Origin: Nitrosopumilus sp.
Lineage (GTDB): Archaea > Thermoproteota > Nitrososphaeria > Nitrososphaerales > Nitrosopumilaceae
DNA: 64,000 nt
Direction of reading: 5' to 3'
NCBI GenBank assembly: GCA_963662625.1
Contig: OY759726.1
Span: forward strand, 384,001-448,000
The notes beneath the pieces are model-generated. The model searched no databases, was not told where the DNA came from, and saw nothing but the letters and a program-made list of their open reading frames with translations. The stretch's first letter is position 1, and the number at the start of each line of letters is the position of its first letter. Positions 9,749-18,781 of the stretch are shown here, one piece after another. The position numbers and the translations under genes were made by a program.

Positions 9749-10314
9749 AGATGATTAACAAAGTTATATTTTCAATATTGGTGATTGCCGTTGCAAGCAT
9801 CTCATTTACTGCTTTGTTAACCAATCAGGATAAAGAGATGAATGTACAAGAAGAGATTACAATTCAGAAAATGAGCTCCTATATTGCAACTGATGTTGAT
9901 GAAATAAAAGCTCTGTCGACTGTAATTTTGGAGGGAAGAGTTATTGACAAATATGTTGTGATGGAGTCAAGAGACGAATTTGGAAAGTTTGTAGATAACG
10001 ATTCAAGCTTGGCAGCAGTAACATATCCTAACATCATATATGAAGTCAAAACAATGGTAAATTACAAGGGCGCTGAGCAAGACAGCATATTGTTGCAAAT
10101 TCCAGGCGGAACAATGAATGGAATTACTGTTACCTCAGACCATGTTGAATATGCAGTTGGAGATATTGTTGTTGTCTTAGTTGATGGGCCATTTGAAAAT
10201 GGATATTATCAACCAACATCTGGCCCACACTCTATATTCAAAATAGACGGTGATTTGGCATCTACGGTTAGAGGCAGCTTGAATGCCGACCAACTAAAGG
10301 ACTCACTAGACTAG
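9745..10314 (+). CDS. membrane-anchored/secreted hypothetical protein, possible TIMP/NTR-like OB fold
   Basis: N-terminal TM segment; start overlaps the protease stop (coupled); AT-rich. Confidence 0.8.
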   Translation: MKMINKVIFSILVIAVASISFTALLTNQDKEMNVQEEITIQKMSSYIATDVDEIKALSTVILEGRVIDKYVVMESRDEFGKFVDNDSSLAAVTYPNIIYEVKTMVNYKGAEQDSILLQIPGGTMNGITVTSDHVEYAVGDIVVVLVDGPFENGYYQPTSGPHSIFKIDGDLASTVRGSLNADQLKDSLD

Positions 10315-10346
10315 AGTGACGCTCATAAATAATTTCCTCCCTGAGA

Positions 10347-11661
10347 CAGTTAAGCGAAATGTACCCGATCCTGCCCCCTCATGGCGGGGGCTTGGGCTCC
10401 AGTATCCTGGCCGACTCCAACTGGCAGGCGAACGCCCGCTGGGCCGTCACGCCGTTCCCGCAACCCCTTCCAGAAAGGACGGCCCGCACCACCACCCACT
10501 CGTTGTACGCCAGCAGCGAGTAGCAGGGGCACGGCATGCGGGCCCCCTCGTCGGCGACCCTAGTCTTGGCCCCCATGGGCCCTGTAACCCTGTACGACGT
10601 CCCGGTGCCCCGCCTGCGCGGGTACCCCCTTGCGCTGGCTGCGGGACGGTTGGTCGCAAACCCGACGTGCCGCTCCTCAGGGACGGGGGGATCGTCGCAC
10701 TTCTTCCTCTCCTCGATCTTGACGTGGTACCCCGCGGAGTTCCGCCCCCCGGCCGCCGCCGGGGACACGCCGGGCCTGGCGTTGCGCGCGGACTCCCGCA
10801 GCGCGGCCACCGCGTTGCCGGTGTTCCTGCACGGCACGGGGTACCCGGTGCGGGCCCTGCCCGGCGCCCTGACCGTCCCCGCCGCGAGGGACTCCCTGCT
10901 CGGCAGGACGGGGCCGGGCCCGATTCCGGCGTCCCGGACAGACCGCAGCGCCCTTTCGACGAAACCGGGCACGGAACCGGACATGCTCGCGCGGTACGCG
11001 CCCAAAACCAGCGGGTACCTGCCCCCGACGCACCGGGCCGCGGCGTGCCTCCCGGACAGCCTGGTTCCGTTCTTGCTCCCGGGGCGGGTCAGCCCGGGCC
11101 CCGGCGCGGAACCGTGGCGCGGTATCAGGTGCATGCCGGTGGCGACGGGGGGCTTGCGGGGCAGCCTTCCGGCCCTTTTGGGCGCGGCCGCTTGCCTCCC
11201 CACGGCGCCGCCGAGGGCATCCTGGATCCCGGCGCCGCCGGCCCCCCGGGCGCCAAGGCGGACCGCCTGCCCGGGGGGGCCGCCCTGCTGTGCACGGCCT
11301 TGGCCGCGTTGGCGCACCCCCCGACCTGGTGCGGGACAGGACCGGGGAGCGGTGCCACTGTGCACGGCCTTGGCCGCGTTGGCGCACCCCCCGACCGACG
11401 AGTCCCGGAGCGCGGCCCCAAGCATGCCCCGGCTGGGGGCGCCCGCTCCAAACACGGCGTTGCGGCCCGCTGGCCGCATGAGCTGGGCCAGGAACCCGCG
11501 CATGCCTGCGACGACACCCTGATATAGGCGGGGGTCGTTCACCATGTCGCGGCCCTGGCGGGTCTTGTTTCGAGACAATCCAAGTCTTGTCGGGGCCCAT
11601 CCCCTGTTGATCTGTTTGGAATTGCGAGAGTTGACTATTTGGTCTACTTTTCGCTTAACTG
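10347..11661 (-). mobile_element. decayed ISH3-like IS nested in IS630 copy 1
   Basis: TIRs CAGTTAAGCGAAA; 6-bp TSD CTGAGA (10341-10346 and 11662-11667); empty site seen in copy 2; degenerate HVGFATN...YPRRRGTGTSYR (YREK) motif. Confidence 0.88.
11288..11396. repeat. 39-bp perfect direct repeat around a 31-bp unique spacer
   Basis: CTGTGCACGGCCTTGGCCGCGTTGGCGCACCCCCCGACC at 11288-11326 and 11358-11396. Confidence 0.95.
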
Positions 11662-11757
11662 CTGAGAGGGGGCACTGCAGAAAAGCCTGTTGATCACCGG
11701 ATCGCCGAACCATCCACGGGCGGGACCGACAGGAAACCGCGGGACCTGACGGAGGCC

Positions 11758-12779
11758 ATGCGCGCAGAGAGGGACGCCAGGATCCGCAACAGGACGGTGG
11801 CAGTGCGCGGGGTGCCCGGCGGATACCCCGCGAGGGACGCCGCGTACTTCGTAGACGTAGAACAGCGCACAGTCCGCCCGTGGGCGGGACGGTCCGGCAC
11901 CGGCGGCCTCCGGGACATTCCCGGCAGGGGAAGGAACCCGCGCGTCCGGTACGGCCCCATGGGCAGGCTTGCCGGCAGGCTCGGCCGCATGGGCATGCCC
12001 GCGCCGAGGAAGCTCCGCAACAGGGTGCGCGGGGTGCCCGGGCGCGCGCACGTCCCGTGCAGCGTGCGCAGGATCATGAGGGAACTGGGGTTCTCCCCCA
12101 AGAGGCCCGCCACCAAATATGCAGCTGCCGCAGGCGACGACGCGGTGCGGCGGCTGCGGGCCTGCGCCGCAGGCGCGATTCTGCGCGCAAGGAGGCGCAA
12201 GACGGCGACAGTGGTGCAGGACGGGCCCGCCTTCGTCAGGATGGGCACCAACGGCCGGAGGCTGTGGTCCCGCGTAGGGGAGGGGGCCGCCGCCGGCAGG
12301 CCCGGCAGGAGGGACAGGGCAGCCGCGTGCGGCTCCCTCGCGGCCGACGGGACGGGGCCGGTGCGGCCGTGCGGCAGGCCCGGTGGGGACACCTTCCTGG
12401 CGTACCCCAGGGAGATCCATGAGGCTGTGACATGAGGTGCGTGATCTGCCGGAGGGGTGGGGACACCTTCCTGGCGTACCCCAGGGAGATCCGGCGCAAG
12501 CGGGGGCGCGCGCCGGTGGCAGCGGGCAACGCGGGGCAGCACGGGACGGCGGACGCGGGGGAATGCCTGCGGGACCGCCGAGAGATCGAGGCACTGTACC
12601 TTCCCACCGCCACGCCGAAGCCCGGCGCGGCGGGGGCCGTGTGGAAGGAGGCAAAGCACGGGCGGGTCACGTCCAGGCACCACGGGACGCTGGACGGCTT
12701 GAGGCGCTCAGTCTCGGAGTATTTCAGGACGTGCCCGATCAGGGCGGGCACCTGCAAGTTCCTGTACCGTTCCATATGA
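11758..12779 (+). pseudogene. IS630 transposase pseudogene (start codon lost, frameshifted)
   Basis: Near-identical to 15981-16979; start ATG changed to ACG; split into ORFs 11758-12435 and 12432-12779 by the insertion. Confidence 0.9.
12382..12492. repeat. 37-bp perfect direct repeat around a 37-bp unique spacer
   Basis: GGTGGGGACACCTTCCTGGCGTACCCCAGGGAGATCC at 12382-12418 and 12456-12492; single copy and no spacer in IS630 copy 2. Confidence 0.95.
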
Positions 12780-12811
12780 GGGGAAATTTTCAATAATCGT
12801 CACTATAGGCC

Positions 12812-12830
12812 CTTTTTTCTTTTTTTATTT
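12812..12830 (+). terminator. oligo-T terminator of the protease operon, displaced by the IS630 insertion
   Basis: CTTTTTTCTTTTTTTATTT follows the reconstructed CTAG stop/target site. Confidence 0.5.
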
Positions 12831-12845
12831 AAGTAATCTAGAATA

Positions 12846-13500
12846 TAGCTTGGTGCGTAACTGCCAGAAATTGCCGGGTCTAATCAGTTAACCCATAGCA
12901 CAACCATGCCAAACCGAAAAGGCCTTGGATCGCGGCCGCGCACCGTGCCCGTTGGCCGCAACCGACAACGGGAAGTGCGCCAGGCGCGGGCGGGGCCTGG
13001 CGGTGCCGCATGACCCCGGCCGGGGGGCGGCCTGAGGGAGGCCAACGCAGGCAAGGAGGGCGCCCCGTTCAGGTACGCCGGGGCGCTGGTCATGGCGGCG
13101 GCCGCGCTGGGGACCGCGTGGGGGATCCGGTACAGGCAGCTGTCCGGGCTCCTCGCGGGGATGCTGGGGGGGCGCGGCGCGGGGCGGTGCGGGACCGGCC
13201 GGGGGGCGGCCCGGAGGCGCGCGCCGGCAGGGTGGGCACGGAGGAGAGGGAGGAGAACGTCCGGTACCGGGAGGCCAGGAAGGGGCACGGCAGGAGGTGG
13301 CTGACCGGGATAACCATGTCGGCGTTCAAGAGGATGTTCGGCGACCACGCGCGCTCGCGCAAGTGGGAGAACATCGTGCAGGAGGCAAGGCTCAGGATGG
13401 CCCAGTACAACCGGTGGGCGGGTGAGGCGGGGGCGTAGGGACTCCAAGCGGCACGGCCTGGCCACGGCCCGGGGATCGTGCCGAGTTGTGCAACAGACTA
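12846..13500 (+). mobile_element. internally deleted IS5-family (IS903-like) element
   Basis: Imperfect 16-bp TIRs TAGCTTGGTGCGTAAC / TAGTCTGTTGCACAAC; 8-bp TSD CTAGAATA; remnants NAGKEGAPFRY...YRQL and SAFKRMFGDHARSRKWEN. Confidence 0.82.
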
Positions 13501-13544
13501 CTAGAATAGTAAAGGGTAAAGCATAGTATGTCATAATAGGTATA

Positions 13545-14435
13545 ATGACTGGAAAAAAGACAATCATAATTGCTTCATTGATTGCTGCAGTGTTAATCCC
13601 ACTATCACTACAAGTAGGAAGTGCTGACCAAAACACTCAGGCTCAAAATGTAAAACAACTGTTTGCAGATGTCGACCAAGAGATTAGACAGTATGTAAAC
13701 GGAGATATGAAAAACCCTGAAGACAAAAAAGCACAACTAATTGAAAAGTATTCAAACAATCTTGAGGCAATAATCAATACCATAACAATTCATGACAACT
13801 TACAATTTGACTCTGAAGTAGAGGGAATAAAAGAGTTGATTATCTCAGAACACATGAGTGAGGTAAATAGACAGAAAATAATCTCCCAAATCCCTGATGA
13901 TGCCATTACAGAAACTATAGAGGTAGAACCTGATTTATCCAAACAAGGGGTATTTGAGCTGCCAAAGGCATATGCTGCCGGAAATCCATACCCAATAAAC
14001 ACATGGAAACAAGTAACCCATGACAGAACAGGCGGTTCTGGTACTGACAGTTCTGGTAACTCTTACAACATCAATGGCAACAATCACTTTACCTCACTAT
14101 CAACCTCATATACATCATCCAAAGTAACATACACTTTGACATTCAAAGATGAAGACCACCCAAATCCATTCTGGGATAAATTTTGGGATAATTGGAGACA
14201 GATTCAGTATGGTAGGACCACTGATATCGAATCCTTCACAGTTGATTCTAATGGGGTAAAGTTTCCAGGAATTTGGGATAATGACAAGACGTTTGCAGAG
14301 TTTATGGGTCAACATGGTACAAAAACCAGATCATACTATTCGGGAATGAGTATCTATGTTAGTAATGTCTGGAATCATGCTATGGATACAACCAATGAAA
14401 ACCCTGGAATGTCAATTACAACATTGACTACATAA
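13545..14435 (+). CDS. secreted hypothetical protein (AT-rich)
   Basis: 296-aa ORF with signal peptide, followed by an oligo-T tract; family not recognised. Confidence 0.85.
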   Translation: MTGKKTIIIASLIAAVLIPLSLQVGSADQNTQAQNVKQLFADVDQEIRQYVNGDMKNPEDKKAQLIEKYSNNLEAIINTITIHDNLQFDSEVEGIKELIISEHMSEVNRQKIISQIPDDAITETIEVEPDLSKQGVFELPKAYAAGNPYPINTWKQVTHDRTGGSGTDSSGNSYNINGNNHFTSLSTSYTSSKVTYTLTFKDEDHPNPFWDKFWDNWRQIQYGRTTDIESFTVDSNGVKFPGIWDNDKTFAEFMGQHGTKTRSYYSGMSIYVSNVWNHAMDTTNENPGMSITTLTT

Positions 14436-14498
14436 CCTTTTTATTTTTTTAAAAATATGAATGAAAAACCACTAGTTGCTAAATTTAACATCTATGTA

Positions 14499-15591
14499 TA
14501 GCAACGCGCATAAATTCATGAGACCAATTTTGTCAGGCCAAAACACATTTTGATCGCGGCGTCCCACGCAAGCCATGGCCACAACCACGCCGGAAGATCC
14601 CTGGGAGGCGTACAAAAAAGAGAAGGGCCCAAGGGTGATCAAGGGGATGGCCGCGGCGAGCATGGTGTGCATGAACGATGAAAGCGTCCAACACACGGCA
14701 GACTCCATCATGCAGTGCCCCGACCGGGTGTCGTTCCGGGCGGGACACCTCGGGGAGGGCGGCACCGGTGCCCCCCCTGGAACCTTCCCAAGGGCGGGAG
14801 GCCTCCAAAGGCCAGGCTTGAGGAGATCCAGGGCATGCCGGGCGGCACGGGCGGCACTGCCACCCCGGCGGGGCCCCACGACGACATGCGGAGAACGCCG
14901 GGCGCGGCATACCGCGTCGCGTAGGCCGGGAGGATCATAGGGAACACCGGCCTGTCCCCCAAGGCGCCGCAGCGCGCCCGCGCCGGCAAGGCGGCCCGGG
15001 CGGGACACGCGGGCGGCAGAAGAGGGCAAGGGGGAAGATCCCGCGCCGGGAAGGGCAGGATCTTGCCACGGTAATGCCGGGCGGGGTGTCTGCACACACG
15101 ACCCGGCGGCCGGGAGGAGGTGCCGGTCCCCCGGGGGCGGACGGATCGTCGTGGGGGGCACGACGGCAACCGCTGCAAGACGGTGGCGTACGGGGCGCCG
15201 GCAGCTGGCGGGCGCAGGCACTTCCGCGTTCACGACAGGTCCGGCAGGGACAAGTTCCTGCCGTGCCCCAAGGGGCCGCGCCGACGCTTCGGGAGGGTGC
15301 ACGCAATGATGGACGGCGCGTCGCCCCACGCTGCCGGGGCCGTGAAAAGATACGTCCCGCGCAGCCCCGGCACGGGGGCCGTGTGCCTCTTCGCCGCCAC
15401 GCCGAAGCCGGACGCCACGGGGGAACACTGGCGCAGGCCAAGGCGCGGCACCCGGTGCCGGGCATTGCAGGACGTTCGGGGAGGCGTGGCGCACCCTGTC
15501 CGAATGCCCAGGGACGTCCCACGCCAACCTGGGCGTTATGGGGCACACCGGCAGGAAATCCTTGGCGCTCAAGAACTTTTGAGCGTTGCTA
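14499..15591 (+). mobile_element. heavily decayed IS630-family element (second type)
   Basis: Imperfect TIRs TAGCAACGC(G/T)CA(T/A)AA(A/G)TTC(A/T)TGAG; TA/TG flanks; remnants WEAYKKEK.PRVIK and MMDGASPH...ATPKPDATGEHWR. Confidence 0.8.
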
Positions 15592-15730
15592 TGCTAGAGT
15601 TAGACGGTAAAATTGTAGGCAGGATGGATATCCCACAAGGAGATCTTAGTCTTTCTCATGATGATATAATTAAAATTTTAAAGCAGCAAATCAAAACACA
15701 ACTAAAATTAAAAGAAGGGCATGAGAACAA

Positions 15731-15782
15731 CCACAAGAATCATGATAAAAAATACCACAAGAATCATGATAAAAAATACCAC
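15731..15782 (+). repeat. 24-bp tandem repeat x2 (HKNHDKKY)
   Basis: CCACAAGAATCATGATAAAAAATA twice. Confidence 0.9.
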
Positions 15783-15899
15783 TAGAAAAAATTACTGCAG
15801 ATAGCTAGGAATCTTTTTTATAATGTATGAAAGTGATATTTTTCCAGGACCGCTAACAATTACAAACAAACATGCAGATACCTGGAATAAATTCAGCTA

Positions 15900-17005
15900 G
15901 AGTGACGCTCATAAATAATTTCCTCCCTGAGAGGGGGCACTGCAGAAAAGCCTGTTGATCACCGGATCGCCGAACCATCAATGGACGAGACCGACAGGAA
16001 ACTACGGGACCTGACGGAGGCCATGCGCGCAGAGAGGGACGCCAGGATCCGCAACAGGATGATGGCAGTGCGCGGGGTGCCCGGCGGATACTCCACGAGG
16101 GACGCCGCGTACTTCGTAGACGTAGAACAGCGCACCGTCCGCCTGTGGGTGGAACGATCCGGCGCCGGCGGCGCCGGTGGCCTCCGGGACATTCCCGGCA
16201 GGGGAAGGAACCCGCGCATCCGGTACGGCCTCATGGGCAGGCTTGCCGGCAGGCTCGGCCGCATGGGCATGCTCACGCCGGGGAGGCCCCGCAACAGGGT
16301 GCGCCGGAAGCCCGGGCGCGCGCACGGCCCGTGCGGCGTGCGCAGGATCATGAGGGAACTGGGGTTCTCCCCCAAGAGGTCCACCACCAAATATGCAGCT
16401 GCCGCAGGCGACGACGCGGTGCGGCGGTGGCAGGCCGACGCCGCAGGCGCGATTCTGCGCGCAAGGAGGCGCAAGACGGTGACAGTCGTGCAGGACGGGC
16501 CCGTCTTCGCCAGGATGGGCACCAACGGCAGGAGGCTGTGGTCCCGCGTCGGGGAGGGGGTCGCCGCCGGCAGGTCCGGCAGGAGGGACAGGGTAGTCGC
16601 GTGCGGCTCCCTCGCGGCCGACGGGACGGGGCCGGTGCGGCCGTGCGGCAGGTCCGGCGGGGACACCTTCCTGGCGTACCTCAAGGAGATCCGGCGCAAG
16701 TGGGGGCGCGCGCTGGTGATAATGGACAACGCGGGGCAGCACAGGACGGCGGACGCGGGGGAATACCTGCGGGACCACCGAGAGATCGAGGCACTGTACC
16801 TTCCCACCGCCACGCCGAAGCCCGGCGCGGCGGGGGCCGTGTGGAAGGAGGCAAAGTACAGGCTGGCCACGTCCAGGCACTACGAGACGCTGGACGGCTT
16901 GAGGCGCTCAGTCTCGGAGTATTTCAGGACGTGCCCGATCAGGGTGGACACCTGCAAGTTCCTGTACCGTTCCATATGAGGGGAAATTTTCAATAATCGT
17001 CACTA
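15900..17005 (+). mobile_element. IS630-family element copy 2 (uninterrupted)
   Basis: Same ends as copy 1; TA duplication in a CTAG target. Confidence 0.92.
15981..16979 (+). CDS. IS630 transposase, ORF open but catalytic motifs degenerate
   Basis: HTH region, QDGPVF (canonical DE), MDNAGQH, TPKPGAAGAVW (canonical PELNxIExxW). Confidence 0.85.
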   Translation: MDETDRKLRDLTEAMRAERDARIRNRMMAVRGVPGGYSTRDAAYFVDVEQRTVRLWVERSGAGGAGGLRDIPGRGRNPRIRYGLMGRLAGRLGRMGMLTPGRPRNRVRRKPGRAHGPCGVRRIMRELGFSPKRSTTKYAAAAGDDAVRRWQADAAGAILRARRRKTVTVVQDGPVFARMGTNGRRLWSRVGEGVAAGRSGRRDRVVACGSLAADGTGPVRPCGRSGGDTFLAYLKEIRRKWGRALVIMDNAGQHRTADAGEYLRDHREIEALYLPTATPKPGAAGAVWKEAKYRLATSRHYETLDGLRRSVSEYFRTCPIRVDTCKFLYRSI

Positions 17006-17257
17006 TAGTGCAATTGGTATTTGCATCTCTACAGGTATTCCCATACTTGATATCCAGTTACCAAATCCTGGATTACCAAACTTTCCTACTCCGTGAGCTA
17101 TAAAGATTACTCCAATGACTGATCGCAGTCCCATATTTACAATATCGTCAAATTTGGATATTGAAAATCCCGTATTTTCTTCAATGGTACGGAAAGTCGG
17201 TCCGCGCCGGATCAAGAGGACGGTAGCCGACTATTTTAGGCTGTACCGGTCACGGAA

Positions 17258-18726
17258 GTATGAGGTCACGTATGCTGACCCTTTAATCAACAAGGCGCGA
17301 TCCTGCTGATCCTTATTGCAGGAGGTGCCAGTACGTGCGTGGCAAGGTGCAGAACGACCAGGCAGCCGGGGGGCCTGCTGGCACGGGCGCTTGACGATAT
17401 CGACTCACTCAAGTCAAAATACATGGAGGCGGTGGCAGATAACAAGAGGCTCCAGGCCCGCCTCGCGTACTACGAGAACGCCCATTCCCCGCCGTCGGCC
17501 AAGTCGCTGGAATGGAAGGAGGCCAGGCGGGCGAGGAGGAAGGCCCGGAAGGCGGCGCCGGAGGGGGGCGACGGCGCCCCCGCGAGGAGGCCCGGCGGGC
17601 AGCCGGGGCACCGCGGGGCGTCCCGCAGGCACGCGCCGGGGCGCACGGCGCGCCACGGGTCCGATGGGGGCGTCCCGCCAGAATGCGGCCGGTGCGGCCG
17701 CGGGACCGTGCCGGGCAGGCCCGCCGCGCGGGACATCCCGGACTTCGAGGTGGTGGTGACGGAGACGCGGCATGCCGTCCAGACCGCCGTGTGCCCCAAG
17801 TGCGGCAGGGGGCACGTGGCGCCAAGCGGCCTCCCGGCGCGCGGGAGCTACGGCAAGAACACGGTGGCCGCGCTGCGCCACGCGGCCGTCCCGTTCGGGA
17901 AGATAGCGGGTGCCGTGCGGGAGATCACCGGGGTGAGGATCGCGAAACCTGCAGCCATAAACGTGACGGGGCGCACCCGCGACGCGATGCGCGGGCCGTT
18001 CCGGGACATCGTGGGCCGCGCCAGGAGGTCCAAGAATGCCGGGGCCGACGAGACGCGCGCCATCCTGGCGGGAGAGGACGGGTGGGCGCGGGTCATCCAG
18101 TCAGGCAGGGACGCCGTGATCGTGCACGGCCGGAGCAGGGGGCCGCGGGTGCCAGGCAGGCACGCGGGCGGGTACCGCGGGATCGTCACGTCCGACAGGC
18201 CCTCCGCGTACGGGAGGTCCGGCCCGGGCGGGCGCCACCGGCCGTGCCGGCCCCGCGGGCTGCGGGAGCTGCGGCACGCGGCGGAGAGGAAGGGGACGAC
18301 GCCGCGCGCCGGGGTGCCGCGCCGGCAGGTGTCAGGCGCGTACGCCGGGGCGCTGGCGGCCGCCGCCCCGGGCAGGCACCCGGCGCGCCTGCGCCGCGCC
18401 TCCGGGTCTGGGATGCGCAGGCTGCTGTTCGGGCACGGGGACGCCGGGGGCACCGCGCTTGCCCCACTGGTGGGCAGGCTGCAGGCGCCGCTGCCCCACC
18501 TGTTCACGTTCCCGGGGCACAGGGGGGCGGGGCCCACGAACAACGCCCCCGGGCGCGGCCTGCGGCATGTGGTGGTGTCCCGAAAGATAAGCGGCCAGAC
18601 CAGGGGCGGGAAGCCCTGGAGGGACAGGTGGTCCTACTTCATGACGTGCATGATCACGTGGGAGAGGCACGGGAAATCCCTGTCAGGCGAGGTATCCAAG
18701 ATAGTGTAGGGGTGGTGACCTCATAC
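17258..18726 (+). mobile_element. IS66-family element, single ORF, decayed
   Basis: 12-bp TIR GTATGAGGTCAC at both ends; no matching 8-bp TSD. Confidence 0.8.
17339..18709 (+). pseudogene. IS66 transposase (TnpC-like), degenerate
   Basis: YENAHSPPS, PGGQPGHRG, CxxC zinc finger, ADET, PTNNAPGRGLR (canonical TNNxAERxLR). Confidence 0.85.
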
Positions 18727-18781
18727 AACTAGTACTTTAATAAAGTTTAATATATTGAGCTTTGATCTAACCGATAGTCAG

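Larger units (their letters stand above)
10314..12805 (+). mobile_element. IS630-family element copy 1, interrupted by a nested ISH3-like IS and a 74-bp insertion
   Basis: Ends GAGTGACGCTC... and ...ATCGTCACTA are identical to copy 2; TA duplication in a CTAG target. Confidence 0.9.
14457..15785 (+). pseudogene. small AT-rich gene with His-rich tail, split by an IS630-like element
   Basis: 14457-14498 joined to 15594-15785 reads in frame: MNEKPLVAKFNIYV|LELDGKIVGRMDIPQG...HKNHDKKYHKNHDKKYH*. Confidence 0.75.
15792..17160 (-). pseudogene. DoxX family membrane protein, split by IS630 copy 2 and internally deleted
   Basis: KFDDIVNMGLRSVIGVIFIAHG...MQIPIAL|AEFIPGI, then a frame change to ACLFVIVSGPGKISLSYIIKKIPSYLQ*. 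Confidence 0.8.

Noticed and set aside
11288-12492. Calling the two repeat-spacer-repeat units a CRISPR array
   Set aside because: Each has only two repeats, the repeats differ from each other and are transposase coding sequence, and there is no leader or cas gene in the window. Reported as repeats and findings instead.
17115-17309. 64-aa ORF as a real gene
   Set aside because: It spans antisense doxX, an unassigned fragment and the IS66 left end, so it is a junction product.
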